DNA of 64,000 nucleotides from Veleropilina oligotropha (Eukaryota): NCBI GenBank assembly GCA_048128005.1, contig JBEUKZ010000065.1, positions 372,001 to 436,000 of the forward strand, read 5' to 3'. Shown piece by piece: positions 46,806 to 61,062 of this stretch (position 1 is its first letter; each line of letters starts with the position of its first letter). The notes under the pieces were generated by a model. It saw only the letters and a program-made list of their open reading frames with translations, ran no database searches and was not told where the DNA came from. The position numbers and the translations under genes were made by a program.

Positions 46806-49188
46806 TTTGTCATATAGGGTACCTTTAGATGGACAGTAGTAAAAAAACTGCAGGATATTTCATGGAGAACTTTTTACTGTAAGTTGGGGGGGGGGGTCAT
46901 TATCTATCAAAATATAAATAGAAATTGTAGTACCACGTACGCAGGAGCGAAATTTTCTAGCCACATTTTGAGCTATGGCTACCGGCCTGTACCACAGAAA
47001 TCATTGTTGGCTGGCAGTGGCGTAGCTGCCTTTACGCCACAACGCCCGGGCTTGCACATTATTTTCAGATTTTTTTTATTTTATTTTTTTGTAAAAGATT
47101 TTCGGGCGTAAAGCATTTTTGCTACTTTTTAATGCTACTTTGTTCGTGCTTCTGCAGCATTATTGCTATTCTTGCATAAAGAAATAGGCGTTATTTAGAT
47201 GCTAATTTAATACTCGCTCGGTAAATTACAGTTTGTTTCATGGGGGTATATACTATATAAAATTGTATGAAAAACTGAACTTTTCTTATGTGTTTGTTAG
47301 TGTATACATTTCCCTTAAAATGTGCCAGAGTGCACCATTTGATGTCTAGGTTTCAAAAAATTCTGGGGGGGGATGCCCCCAGACCCCCTACCGGGTTCGC
47401 ACCTCCGGTGCGCAATTCTTCAAACGGGCTTGCAGAGGCGTCGGAGCTGGGGCGGCGGCCGCGCCCCCCCCCAATATTTCTGCCAGAAACTAAAATATAT
47501 ATTTTTAATTTTCTGCTCTCCAAACTAGAAATTTTGAGGCCCAAAAAAATGTCAATTTTTGTCCTAGAATGCAGGAGAACCCTTCTCAGAGCCTCTAAAT
47601 TACAAAAATCTTGCGGGAGAATGCCCCCAAACCCCCCTATATATTCGCGGCCTATGGCCGCTCAATCTTCGCGGCCTTCGGCCGCTCACGTACGTGGCTC
47701 GACCCTGACGCACCCCCCAACATAAAATCCGGCCTCCCCAATGGCAAAATCACTCAGACGCCTCTGGCTTGCACATCATTTTCAGCTGGCTACGCCACTG
47801 GCTGGCATAATTATATGCAGAAATACGTAATCAATCAATAGTAAATTTAAAGTTGTTCCACTAATTGGATTTTGGTTGATTTTCGAAAACGAAAAAAAAT
47901 CGTATTTCGTTAATATCGGAATTATCACCAGATTGACTGGACTATCACTCTGTGCAGACCAGTACACAGGCTTCGTGAAAGGGACATAACTCTGTACGCT
48001 AAAAGACAGTGCTCGTTATTGTAGAGTAGGCCACAGGCACTTGTATACGGGACTACGGCGGCTGATATCTGCCATCATAACAAAAGTATGTATTTCTCAT
48101 CTTATTTGAATAAACCGTGGCTCAACATATATTGATAACGCGTTCGAAACATTACGAACGCCGTTCGAAACATTACGAACGCGTTCGAAACATTACGAAC
48201 GCGTTCGAAACATTACGAACGCCGTTCGAAACATTACGAACGCGTTCGAAACATTACGAACGCGTTCGAAACATTACGAACGCGTTCGAAACATTACGAA
48301 CGCCGTTCGAAACATTACGAACGCGTTCGAAACATTACGAACGCGTTCGAAACATTACGAACGCCGTTCGAAACATTACGAACGCGTTCGAAACATTACG
48401 AACGCGTTCGAAACATTACGAACGCCGTTCGAAACATTACGAACGCGTTCGAAACATTACGAACGCGTTCGAAACATTACGAACGCGTTCGAAACATTAC
48501 GAACGCGTTCGAAACATTACGAACGCCGTTCGAAACATTACGAACGCGTTCGAAACATTACGAACGCGTTCGAAACATTACGAACGCCGTTCGAAACATT
48601 ACGAACGCGTTCGAAACATTACGAACGCGTTCGAAACATTACGAACGCCGTTCGAAACATTACGAACGCGTTCGAAACATTACGAACGCGTTCGAAACAT
48701 TACGAACGCGTTCGAAACATTACGAACGCCGTTCGAAACATTACGAACGCATTCGAAATACTAGTCATATTTGGAATCAATTATTTTATGAAATATGTAT
48801 GAACGCCATTTTACTGTTGATACACGCTCTGTGTTGTATAGTAATGGCTGATCATCTTGTAGATTTAACCCGTAACGAGTTAATCCGGCATTATTTTACA
48901 TTGGGCTATGCGTATTTGGAAATTTTTGGATTATTTTCAAAGATATGACAGTGATAATAATGTTTTAATATACAACTCTAAGCTAAAAATCTTACAAAAG
49001 AAATTAACATCATTCTGCGCTATTTTGCTCAAAGTTACTATATATATACTATATATATATATATCTCTCTAAACTAATAATCTGGCCAAAGAAATTAACA
49101 TCATTCTGCTCGGTTCTGCTCAAAGTTACAACATACAACTCTAAACAGTAAAGTTAAATATGAATATAAATATAAATATAAATATAAA

Positions 49189-51365
49189 ATTAAAGCTGCT
49201 AGCAGCTGTATAGGGCTCCAAGTTATATTCCTGGATATTCTAAAAAAAATTGAATTTAAAAAAAAAAAAAAAAAATTTAAAAAAAAAATTGAAAGTTTTT
49301 CGAATTTTTTTATTATTTCCATTCAAAATATCTAAGCTCTAGCATCAATATTAACCGAGTTGGCCATTTCGTGACCATTCTCTGGCAAAAATAGGGCGTT
49401 TTCCTTAATTAGGTCATTTACTGCAATGTAGGTCAACTGAGGTCAAAGGTCAAGGTCACATGTGAAAGATGAACCATGACTTCCCATAGGCTCCCCATAG
49501 TAACTATGTGTCTGCGGTGCATCCTTTTTGATATATTGCCACTTGAAACAAATGCTTTAATGGCCGCCGAGGCACTTCCTGTTTTTCGATTTTATCACGT
49601 AAATTTGATAAATGTCGACTACAGACATCAATAGTAGTTCACTTCAACCACTATGGGCACACATGTATGCATTTTTCCTTAATTAGGTCATATCCTGCAA
49701 TGTAGGTCAACTGAGGTCAAAGGTCAAGGTCACATGTGAAAGATGAACCATGACTTCCCATAGGCTCCCCATAGTAACTATGTGTCTGCGGCGCATCCGT
49801 TTTGATATATTGCCACTTGCAACAAATGCTTTAATGGCCGCCGAGGCACTTCCTGTTTTTCGATTTTATCATGTAAATTTGATAAATGTCGACTACAGAC
49901 ATCAATAGTAGTTCACTTCAACCACTATGGGCACACATGTATGCATTTTTCCTTAATTAGGTCATTTCCTGCAATGTAGGTCACCTGAGGTCAAAGGTCA
50001 AGGTCATTTTCGAAAGCCCACCCATGACTTCCCATAGGCTCCCCATAGTAACCATGGGTCTACGTTGCATCATTTCCAAGATATAGCCATTTTAAATTGA
50101 TTTCACTATGGCCGCCGGTTAAATTAAAAATTCAAAAATCCGCTTTGATAAGATTTTTGACAAGCGACTTTGGCATCTGAATATACTAATCATGTCGCTC
50201 TAGGTTAAATATTAAGAAAGTTATAAAAGAAGCTAGTTTATGACGTAATCCAAGATGGCCGACAAACCGACGCGGTCATGTGACTCAAAAAGTTGTATGC
50301 ATCAATTCAGCTATAGTAGTAACTATATGGCAACTTACAACTATGCAGCTATAGCAGTTTAGGCGCTAGGGCGGATACAACTTCCGGAGAATAATAATAA
50401 TAAGAATAATAATAAGAATTAAAGCTGCTAGCAGCTGTATAGGGCTCCAAGTTATATTCCTGGATATTCTAAAAAAAATTGAAATTTTTGAATTTTTTTT
50501 AAATTTTTAAAAAAAATTGAAAGTTTTTCGAATTTTTTTATTATTTCCATTCAGAATATCTAAGCTCTAGCATCAATATTAACCGAGTTGGCCATTTCGT
50601 GACCATTTTCTGGCAAAAATAGGGCGTTTTCCTTAATTAGGTCATTTACTGCAATGTAGGTCAACTGAGGTCAAAGGTCAAGGTCACATGTTAAAGATGA
50701 ACCATGACTTCCCATAGGCTCCCCATAGTAACTATGTGTCTGCGGTGCATCCTTTTTTATATATTGCCACTTGAAACAAATGCTTTAATGGCCGCCGAGG
50801 CACTTCCTGTTTTCCGATTTTAGCACGTAAATTTGATAAATGTCGACTACAGACATCAATAGTAGTTCACTTCAACCACTATGGGCACACATGTATGCAT
50901 TTTTCCTTAATTAGGTCATTTCCTGCAATGTAGGTCACCTGAGGTCAAAGGTCAAGGTCATTTTCGAAAGCCCACCCATGACTTCCCATAGGCTCCCCAT
51001 AGTAACCATGGGTCTACGTTGCATCATTTCCAAGGTATAGCCATTTTAAATTGATTTCACTATGGCCGCCGGTTAAATTAAAAATTCAAAAATCCGCTTT
51101 GATAAGATTTTTGACAAGCGACTCTGGCATCCGAATATACTAATCATGTCGCTCTAGGTTAAATATTCACAAAGTTATAAAAGAGGCTAGTTTATGACGT
51201 AATCCAAGATGGCCGACAAACCGACGCGGTCATGTCACTCAAAATAGTCGGTGCATCAAGTCAGCTATAGTGGTAACTACATGGCGACTTACAACTATGC
51301 AGCTATAGCAGTTTAGGCGCTAGGACTGGTACAACTTCCGGAGAATAATAATAATAATAAGAATA
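49189..51365. repeat. Tandem dimer of a ~1-1.2-kb repeat with 274-bp AGGTCA-rich subrepeats
   Basis: Both units start TAAAGCTGCTAGCAGCTGTATAGGGCTCC and end CAACTTCCGGAGAATAATAAT; they hold 3 and 2 subrepeats respectively. Confidence 0.85.
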
Positions 51366-51480
51366 ATAAAAATAAACATAAAAACAATAGGTCTCCAAAA
51401 AAAATTTTTTGGAGCCCTAATAAGAATAATAAAAATCACAATAAAAACAATAGGTCTCCAAAAAAAAATTTTTGGAGCCC

Positions 51481-52233
<753 letters not shown>

Positions 52234-53890
52234 ATATTGATATTTATATTTATATTCATATTTAACTTTACTGTTTAGAGTTGTATGTTGTAACTTTGAG
52301 CAGAACCGAGCAGAATGATGTTAATTTCTTTGGCCAGATTATTAGTTTAGAGAGATATATATATATATAGTATATATATAGTAACTTTGAGCAAAATAGC
52401 GCAGAATGATGTTAATTTCTTTGGTAAGATTTTTAGCTTAGAGTTGTATATTAAAACATTATTATCACTGTCATATCTTTGAAAATAATCCTAAAATTTC
52501 CAAATGCCCAATGTAAAATAATTCCGGATTAACTCGATACGGGTTAAATCTACAAGATGATCAGCCATTACTATACAACACAGAGCGTGTATCAACAGTA
52601 AAATGGCGTTCATACATATTTCATTAAATAATTGATTCCAAATATGACGAGTATTTCGAATGCGTTCGTAATGTTTCGAACGGCGTTCGTAATGTTTCGA
52701 ACGCGTTCGTAATGTTTCGAACGCGTTCGTAATGTTTCGAACGCGTTCGTAATGTTTCGAACGCGTTCGTAATGTTTCGAACGGCGTTCGTAATGTTTCG
52801 AACGCGTTCGTAATGTTTCGAACGCGTTCGTAATGTTTCGAACGCGTTCGTATTGTTTCGAACGCGTTCGTAATGTTTCGAACGCGTTCGTAATGTTTCG
52901 AACGCGTTCGTAATGTTTCGAACGCGTTCGTAATGTTTCGAACGCGTTCGTAATGTTTCGAACGGCGTTCGTAATGTTTCGAACGCGTTCGTAATGTTTC
53001 GAACGCGTTCGTAATGTTTCGAACGGCGTTCGTAATGTTTCGAACGCGTTCGTAATGTTTCGAACGCGTTCGTAATGTTTCGAACGGCGTTCGTAATGTT
53101 TCGAACGCGTTCGTAATGTTTCGAACGCGTTCGTAATGTTTCGAACGGCGTTCGTAATGTTTCGAACGCGTTCGTAATGTTTCGAACGGCGTTCGTAATG
53201 TTTGGAACGCGTTCGTAATGTTTCGAACGGCGTTCGTAATGTTTCGAACGCGTTCGTAATGTTTCGAACGCGTTCGTAATGTTTCGAACGCGTTCGTAAT
53301 GTTTCGAACGCGTTCGTAATGTTTCGAACGCGTTCGTAATGTTTCGAACGCGTTCGTAATGTTTCGAACGCGTTCGTAATGTTTCGAACGGCGTTCGTAA
53401 TGTTTCGAACGCGTTCGTAATGTTTCGAACGCGTTCGTAATGTTTCGAACGCGTTCGTAATGTTTCGAACGGCGTTCGTAATGTTTCGAACGCGTTCGTA
53501 ATGTTTCGAACGCGTTCGTAATGTTTCGAACGGCGTTCGTAATGTTTCGAACGCGTTCGTAATGTTTCGAACGCGTTCGTAATGTTTCGAACGGCGTTCG
53601 TAATGTTTCGAACGCGTTCGTAATGTTTCGAACGCGTTCGTAATGTTTCGAACGGCGTTCGTAATGTTTCGAACGCGTTCGTAATGTTTCGAACGCGTTC
53701 GTAATGTTTCGAACGCGTTCGTAATGTTTCGAACGCGTTATCAATATATGTTGAGCCATGGTTTATTCAAATAAGGTGAGAAATACATACTTTTGTTTTG
53801 ATGGCAGATATCAGCCGCCGTACGGGACAGTTCAAACGTCAAATTAATGCACTGTCTGTAGCCTAACCATACATCAATCGATTCAATAGA

Positions 53891-54217
53891 TATTAAACAT
53901 AACGTCAATCCAATGTTTTAAGAAATACAAACCCGAAGTACAGCAATGTCGAGAAAAACGTACGTTTTATCGCCGTAAAATCTCTTCGAACGGAAGTACA
54001 AGGGTCAGCCAGTTACAGATTAAGACTCGCAGCGAGTGATTTTCTTAGAGCGTAAATAAGTCGTCTGCTACAATGCTAATCAACGACTGGCCACTGGAAC
54101 CAGTCTCGTACTACCGTTCGAAGAGATTTTACGGCGATAAAACGTACGTTTTTCTCGATATTACTGTACTGCGGGTTTGTATTTCTTAAAACATTGGATT
54201 GACGTTATGTTTAATAA
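53891..54217. repeat. Hairpin MITE with ~110-bp arms
   Basis: TTAAACATAACGTCAATCC...CTTCGAACGG is inverted at 54110-54215. Confidence 0.8.
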
Positions 54218-57200
54218 CGAACGAAGTTCGTTCTATATATTAGGGACATGACCTCAATATATACATATACCTGTACATACCTTGCAACTTGAACCGGATG
54301 GTCACGAATTTATCACTGCGCACGCCCGAAGTTCAGCCATGTTTCGAACGTTTTGTGTTCATCACTCGATCTTGTTTTATTGGAGTACCAAAATCTCGCA
54401 CCATCGAGATATGCAAAACAACGTAATTACGGGACAACGGCCGATTTTAAACTTCAAATTATCCAAGTACAATAACATTAATAACGCGACAAATTGATCT
54501 TAACCCCTTTCCCACCGTCTATGCATTTATCGTTTGCTACAAGAATGGCGTGATGTTTTGAAAATTGTGACGTCAGAGAAAATGCGTAACTAAGCAACAA
54601 TGGGTGACGTCGCGGAATATGTGCGTCAGCTTACACTAGACGTTATGAATAAAAAGACGCGTTTCAAAAATTAAGAAGACATCGCAGGGTACGGATTACA
54701 TAATGTTTATTTGTGTATAATCTCTATTCTGCGTTCGTATCTAGGTGCTACCTACAACATATTATCTATTGAATCGATTGATGCATGGTTAGGCTACAGG
54801 CAGTGCATTCATTTGACGTTTGAACTGTCATACTACGGTGGGGTGTGTAAAATCAGTGGAAATTCATTTTTGAAGTTGCATGCGTTCTCTTTTTCATAGT
54901 ACACGAGTGTCTGTTGACCCGTGACGTCATATTTGACCTAGGCTGGGGAATTCCCTATTTTCCGTGGCGAAATAACGCCTGAGTAGTTATAAATGGACTG
55001 TTTGTGTAGGCTAACTTATGGACAATGCGGTTACAAATTATGTAATAAATATAAATGAAACAAACAATAAGTTAACATCTTATACTAGGTTTTAATGACT
55101 TTTATTACGCAAATCCATCTAATACAAGTGCCTGTGGAGTAGGCCACAAGAGTGAATATTATGTATTAGAAAATTCACTGTGACACGGGGTATCAGTGTA
55201 TTATCAGGTAAAATACCCCCAAAATCTAATGTAATTCCAAGGCGTAACCCTTTAAAACACACATGATTAAGGAAGAGTCATATATATGCTCTATTGTGGT
55301 CGATATGATAGTTGATTTGGCCATGCCAATGAATTTGCTTCCTTGTTAAATGCTTTGTTATCGCAGTGTGCAACCAGCGACCCGAATTAATTCCATTGTC
55401 TGTGCTATTAATTGGAACAATGGGAAGACATATACTATAGAGTTTTATTGTTCATATATCCATCTCATCGTATGTATGATGAGATCGCACATTCAACATT
55501 CCCTATCGGCAAATATTTCTACGCTCCAGTATCCAATGACATCAGTGTGGTGAAGCGGTTTCGAATACATGCTATCGTGCGACTGGTTCTGTGCTAAAAC
55601 TGTATCAGCGAGAACCATGAGAAACCTAGCTAACTTTGGTAATGTATAATGAGACAATATCACAATAAAATAGGCGACGTGGTATTGCTATGTGCTTGCT
55701 AATGAGACCTGGACCCAAGATTATAAAGACTCTACGAAACTCAGATCAGACTCTGCAATGATCAAAGAGTAATGATTTGAGTACGAAACAGTCACCAGAG
55801 CATGAGATCGTACTCAGCAGACCTTTATAATATTGGGCCCAAGTGTCATTTTCATATTACCATTTGGTATATCTGCATCGTCAGAGCTATTTCAGAAGAT
55901 GATACTGGAAAACCTAATGTTGTCTTTGAAGTGAATGGTGTACTGATCTAAGATGACACAAAGGTTGTCGAATCACTCATTGTATGCGCAAACTATGAAT
56001 CAAACTAATCATTCGAAACATTATGGGATGTTGTGGAAACTAGCCTTCTTACACTCGAACGTAAAACATATTTAGTCATCGTCAACTGCTACAGCAATAT
56101 ATTTGAAATCGATCACATGCTTGATAAAATGACGTCTGAAACCATGACGATAAAACACCATTTCGCAATACATGGACATCATAATACTGACGAGTGTCCT
56201 CAATTTACTTCTGACAAATATCGTCAAAATACGAATCATGAATCTTCTTGTCATATTTTACATTCAACATGGCAAATATACATTCGACTTTCGTGGATTA
56301 TATTCTTTTTATCATTTTTATATTCGGCTTCTCTGTCAGAGACGAAACATTCGTGTTGCAATTTTTGTATTCTTCTTGTCAAATTGAAAATTTGAATGTA
56401 AACGTATATTTGTGTACGTTTTGTTTATGGATATGATAATCTCTAAATCAGCATAGCTTTATGCATATAATACATACAAAAGGTGTCAGATTAAATGTCA
56501 TTAAATTCCATTTAACGGAGATAATTTGTGGTTGGAATCTTTAAGATTTTATACACTGGCCCGCCTTTTGCATATAATATATCCATAGAGATTAAATAAT
56601 CAATAACTCTATAATAAATTTCATAGTAACTGTCAGAAAATATATATTTTACAATAGTTCATATGACCTTGCCCTTTGACACAGTGACCCCATCTTTAAA
56701 CTTGGGCAAGGCCTGCTGGTATCCAAGGCGTATACCAAATATGAAAAGCATATGTCCAGCGGTTCGTCTTCTATATGACAGAAGGCAATCTTCCAACTCC
56801 AGATTGGAAATACACGAAAGCGACATTGACCATTGACCCAGTGATCCCGTCTTTGAACTTAGGCAAGGCATGATGATATACAAGGTGTATACATTGTATG
56901 AAAAGCATAGATCCGTCTTCTATGTCACATATAGCGATCAGCGGACGCCGACGCCAACGCCGACGGACGTCAGTTCACGACTATAGCCATGCCTAACAGG
57001 CGGGCCCAAAACGACTGCACATACATTGTATGAAAAGCATAGGTCCGTCTTCTATGTCACAGAAAGCGATCAGCGGACGCCAACGCCGACGGACGTCAGT
57101 CCACGACTATAGCCCTACCTAACAGGCGGACCAAAAATGACAGCACACTATAGGACAGATTATTTTGCAATGATCAAAGCTTCATCCTCCGATCTAGCTG

Positions 57201-57288
57201 CATTATAGATAACATTGGACCGTTGCACTCATAATATAGCGCTAACTTTGCAAAGATCCAAAGTTCTCAGTCTTTATCTTGTAACAAA

Positions 57289-57334
57289 ATGGCGGCGATG
57301 GTATCATGTCTGTTGATCGTGACTCTTCTGCAAG
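57289..57334 (+). CDS. Exon 1 (signal peptide) of the secreted Trp-rich KR-repeat protein
   Basis: MAAMVSCLLIVTLLQ plus G|GT phase-1 donor; conserved in copy A (33664-33709). Confidence 0.75.
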
Positions 57335-57353
57335 GTTTGTATGTTTAGAAAAG

Positions 57354-57692
57354 GTGGATAAAATCAGGGACACGTACTAATGTGACAGCGACTACGAGCA
57401 TATGTGGATACAGCGACTGCGAGCGTGTGTGGATACAGCGACCGCGAGCATATGTGGATACTGCGACTGCGAGCATATGTGGATACAGCGCGATATAAAA
57501 CTCCGAAAATTAGTATTACTACTAATAATAATCATACTAATTTTCGGAGTTTTATATCGCGCTGTAGCCACATATGCTCGCAGTCGCAGTATCCACATAT
57601 GCTCGCAGTCGCTGTATCCACACACGCTCGCAGTCGCTGTATCCACATATGCTCGTAGTCGCTGTCACATTAGTGTCCCTGATTTTATCCAC
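57354..57692. mobile_element. Palindromic MITE in intron 1
   Basis: GTGGATAAAATCAGGGACAC...GTGTCCCTGATTTTATCCAC long inverted arms with internal tandem subrepeats; absent from the copy A intron. Confidence 0.75.
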
Positions 57693-58225
57693 AGTTATAA
57701 TAATCACGCAGCATGGTATCTGGTATCTTTTATAATCTCCACAAGATTGGCTGATCACCTAAATTGATACATTCAATAAAAAAATTCGAGGGAGCGAAGA
57801 CAAAATACAACATGCCCACATATTTGTTGAAATCGCATTAAATAAGCGTTGTGCGAAGTGATATTGGACATTGTTGCTTTAATTCTGCATGCGGCACCAT
57901 TCGCCGAATGGATACTAGTAACCGCCGTCTCTGAACTCACTCCCTTGACAGAAGTCGGTAAATTACGTATTATTAAATCAGTATTAAACAATGCCCAAAG
58001 AGCACTAATGACGTGGTTTATATAGTATGCACATAAGTTTTAATATATATATGTTAGGGCGCATTCAACTAACACTTTAATTGTAATTAAGGATTTCATG
58101 TAAATGAAGAGTTTGTTTTATAAAAATTACAAGAAATTCATTTGGTACACATAAGGTTTTTGAGGCAATCAGAAGTGCGGTATCTTGCGACAAAATGTAA
58201 TATCATTACTGAAGTACATATCCAG

Positions 58226-59382
58226 TTTCAGAGAGCGCCACTCAGCAATGGAATGTCATACCGACTTACCGAAAACACTTCGGAACTACTAACTCCGGCA
58301 ACACTAGAGGAAATAATGAGCGGTGGGGTTTTAGAATGACTGAAAGAAACGCTGATCAATGGGAGACATGGATCACAAAGCGACCCACTGATGGTTGGAA
58401 CAACTGGTCCACTACTCGAAACATTAATTGGCGGAATAAATATTGGGGCCATCGATCCACAAATCGAGACACTAAATGGTGGAACACCGGAACCACTGAG
58501 CGACCTACTGATAGTTGGGACAACAGGTCCACTAAGCGAAATTTTAAAGGATGGATTAAATGGTGGGCCTATCAACCCACAAAACGAAACACTGAACAAC
58601 GAGACATCGCGACCACTAAAGGAAAGGATAACTGGAATGATTGGACGACTAAACGATACAAGCATTGGGATAATTCGACAACCAAGCGAAACAATAATGG
58701 GGATTATTGGACAACTAGACGAAACGAAAACTGGTCCACTAAACGAAATTTTAATGGGTGGATTAAATGGTGGGCCTATCGAACCACAACCGAGCGAAAC
58801 AATCATGGAGATTATTGGACAACTAAACGAAACAATAATAGGGATAATTGGACAACCAAACGAAACAATTATTTGGATAAATGGCCAACTAATCGATACA
58901 ATTATTGGGATAATTGGACAACTAAACGAAACAATTATATGGATACTTGGACAACCAAGCGAAACAATTATTGGGATAATTGGACAACCAAACGAAACGA
59001 TTATTTGGAAGATTGGTCGACTAAACGTAACGTTAACTGGTGGGACTATGGCTTCACTAAACTACACACAAGATGGTCGGATAACTGGTCCACTAAACGA
59101 AACCCTAACTGGAGTATTTGGTCAACTAGGCGCAACACTAACTGGTGGGACTATGGTTCTACTAAAGGAAGTATTGATTACTGGACCAACTGGTCCACTA
59201 AACGAAACACTGAGTGGTGGAACTATGGAAGCACTGAACGAAACGTTGATCGATGGAACACCGGCATCACTAAACAGCCAGCTGACATCTCATCCACTAG
59301 GCGAAACATTAATTGGTGGGACTACAAATCCACTAATCGAAATTCTGATCGATTGGACACCGAAACTACTAAACGAAGTAAA
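58226..59382 (+). CDS. Exon 2 of the secreted Trp/Thr/Asn-rich protein with repeated (S/T)TKR sites
   Basis: TCCAG acceptor matches the phase of exon 1 (giving ...LLQVSESATQQW). The frame is open for 1157 nt to an AAA|GTAAGT donor, and repeat variation is largely synonymous in this frame. Confidence 0.8.
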
Positions 59383-60993
59383 GTAAGTATTCGTATACTA
59401 GAGGGCACAAAACACATATCTTATCTATAGTATTTTATATACCATTGCGTTATTATTGGTGATAAACTTTTAGATATAAGGATTTTCAATCACAGCCGTT
59501 GTCGACTTGGGTAAATTTAAACGCTACGAATATCTTGCCGAATTCAATTAACTACACTTTCTGTTCATTGCTATCAAGATCATCATAGTCTGCATCTTCA
59601 ATGTGAGTACATGGAAATCTCGCTCTGACACACACCACTCATGGCCTAGCTGAAGATGCTTTCTGGAACCTGGGAACCCCGTCTTCGTGGGTTTAGTTTT
59701 CTCTCTATCGTGCTCAGTTCCAATCCATAGAGAGACGGTGGTTCTCTCGCTGCCAACATTCTGCACAAACGTCACAGAACAGCTTCAATGCTCGAACATG
59801 GAAGAACGTGGTGTTTCACGACCGTAGCATTCCACGTGTGAAATTCATTTCTTGTTCCGTGAGTTTAACGTTATCTGCCATTGGTTGGTTGAGCTGATAT
59901 ATTACGTACCCTTGTCCAACATCTCCCTTGCCAAACTCATAGGCTGTCGCAAACCACAATCAGTAACTTGGAGTGTTTTTGCTTTATGGTATGAGCATAT
60001 CATATTCACAAACAGTTTCATTACATCAATTCATTGGCATTATACATCGTCGGGGAGAGATCGTCGATCGAATATCGGTTGGGGATAGTTTGAACATAGT
60101 TTCATATTACAATGAAACATTGCTTCTCGTTCGATTAAATGAACAGTAAGGTTACCACAATCATGCAGTCACATGCCAACTCTTGTCTCTTGATCTTCCT
60201 CTGAGTTGCGCTTCGAGGTAATTGAGATCAACTGACCTCCTCTGATAGTGTTATTGTAAAGTTTACAATGACTCTAAACCTAACACGATGACAGTATATG
60301 TCCCTGGCCACCAACTACCATTCTTTATGTCATCATTATACCTCATAGAAAAGAACTATTTACAAAATGAACCTCTGGGAACCCCCCCCCCCCCCCACAC
60401 ACACAAATTAACAAAGTTTATCTGAAAATGGTATCTTTAATTTGAATACTATGCTATCGCCGATCAAAATATGATTGAAGCAACTCAAATACATGTACTG
60501 CAATCGCGTATGTTTAAACAAGTGACAGGAGAACTCCATATGTCATGATCTTGTAGGTTGTCTGTGACACGAGGCACATCAGTTGAAGCAAATTAACACG
60601 AAGAACGATTAGTGTCAAACTGTCGTCTCACTGTGTTACTGCAAATCGCCAGAAGCAAATTTATTTTCCACATATATCATTCATAATAAATATAATAAAC
60701 GATTAAAATTACTACTTATGGTGTGAATGTTAATAGTGATATTTAACGGTGGCGTCGTTATCATCTTTTACAAAGCGAAGTGGATGGCAAATTCCGCATT
60801 GAAATTTATAAAAAGTGTGGATTGCAAACAGCATTTGCAAACAAGCATATGACGTTATGCCATTGTACCGTAACATCTAATCCAGACAAATTATCTCGGT
60901 CAGTGAATCGAGGAAGAATTGCTCGTCCAGAAAAAGAATCTCCGGTCTTGGACATCGATCAGTTATGATCCGCATTACCTATTTTATTTTCAG

Positions 60994-61062
60994 GACAAAA
61001 CCAAACGACAGCCTGGGATTCTGAGAGTGGTTCTATTGGCTTTGAAAGGTATCCTGTTTTAG
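60994..61062 (+). CDS. Putative exon 3 (DKTKRQPGILRVVLLALKGILF*)
   Basis: TTTTATTTTCAG acceptor in phase 0, conserved in copy A at 35527 and containing the same TKR motif. An alternative donor at 61049 cannot be excluded. Confidence 0.6.
   Translation, partial: DKTKRQPGILRVVLLALKGILF

Noticed and set aside
58391..59386. 331-aa IIGQLNET-repeat ORF, which looks like an N-glycosylated repeat protein
   Set aside because: Shadow frame: it has a stop at 58337-58339, is out of phase with the signal-peptide exon, and repeat variation is non-synonymous in this frame but synonymous in the Trp frame.
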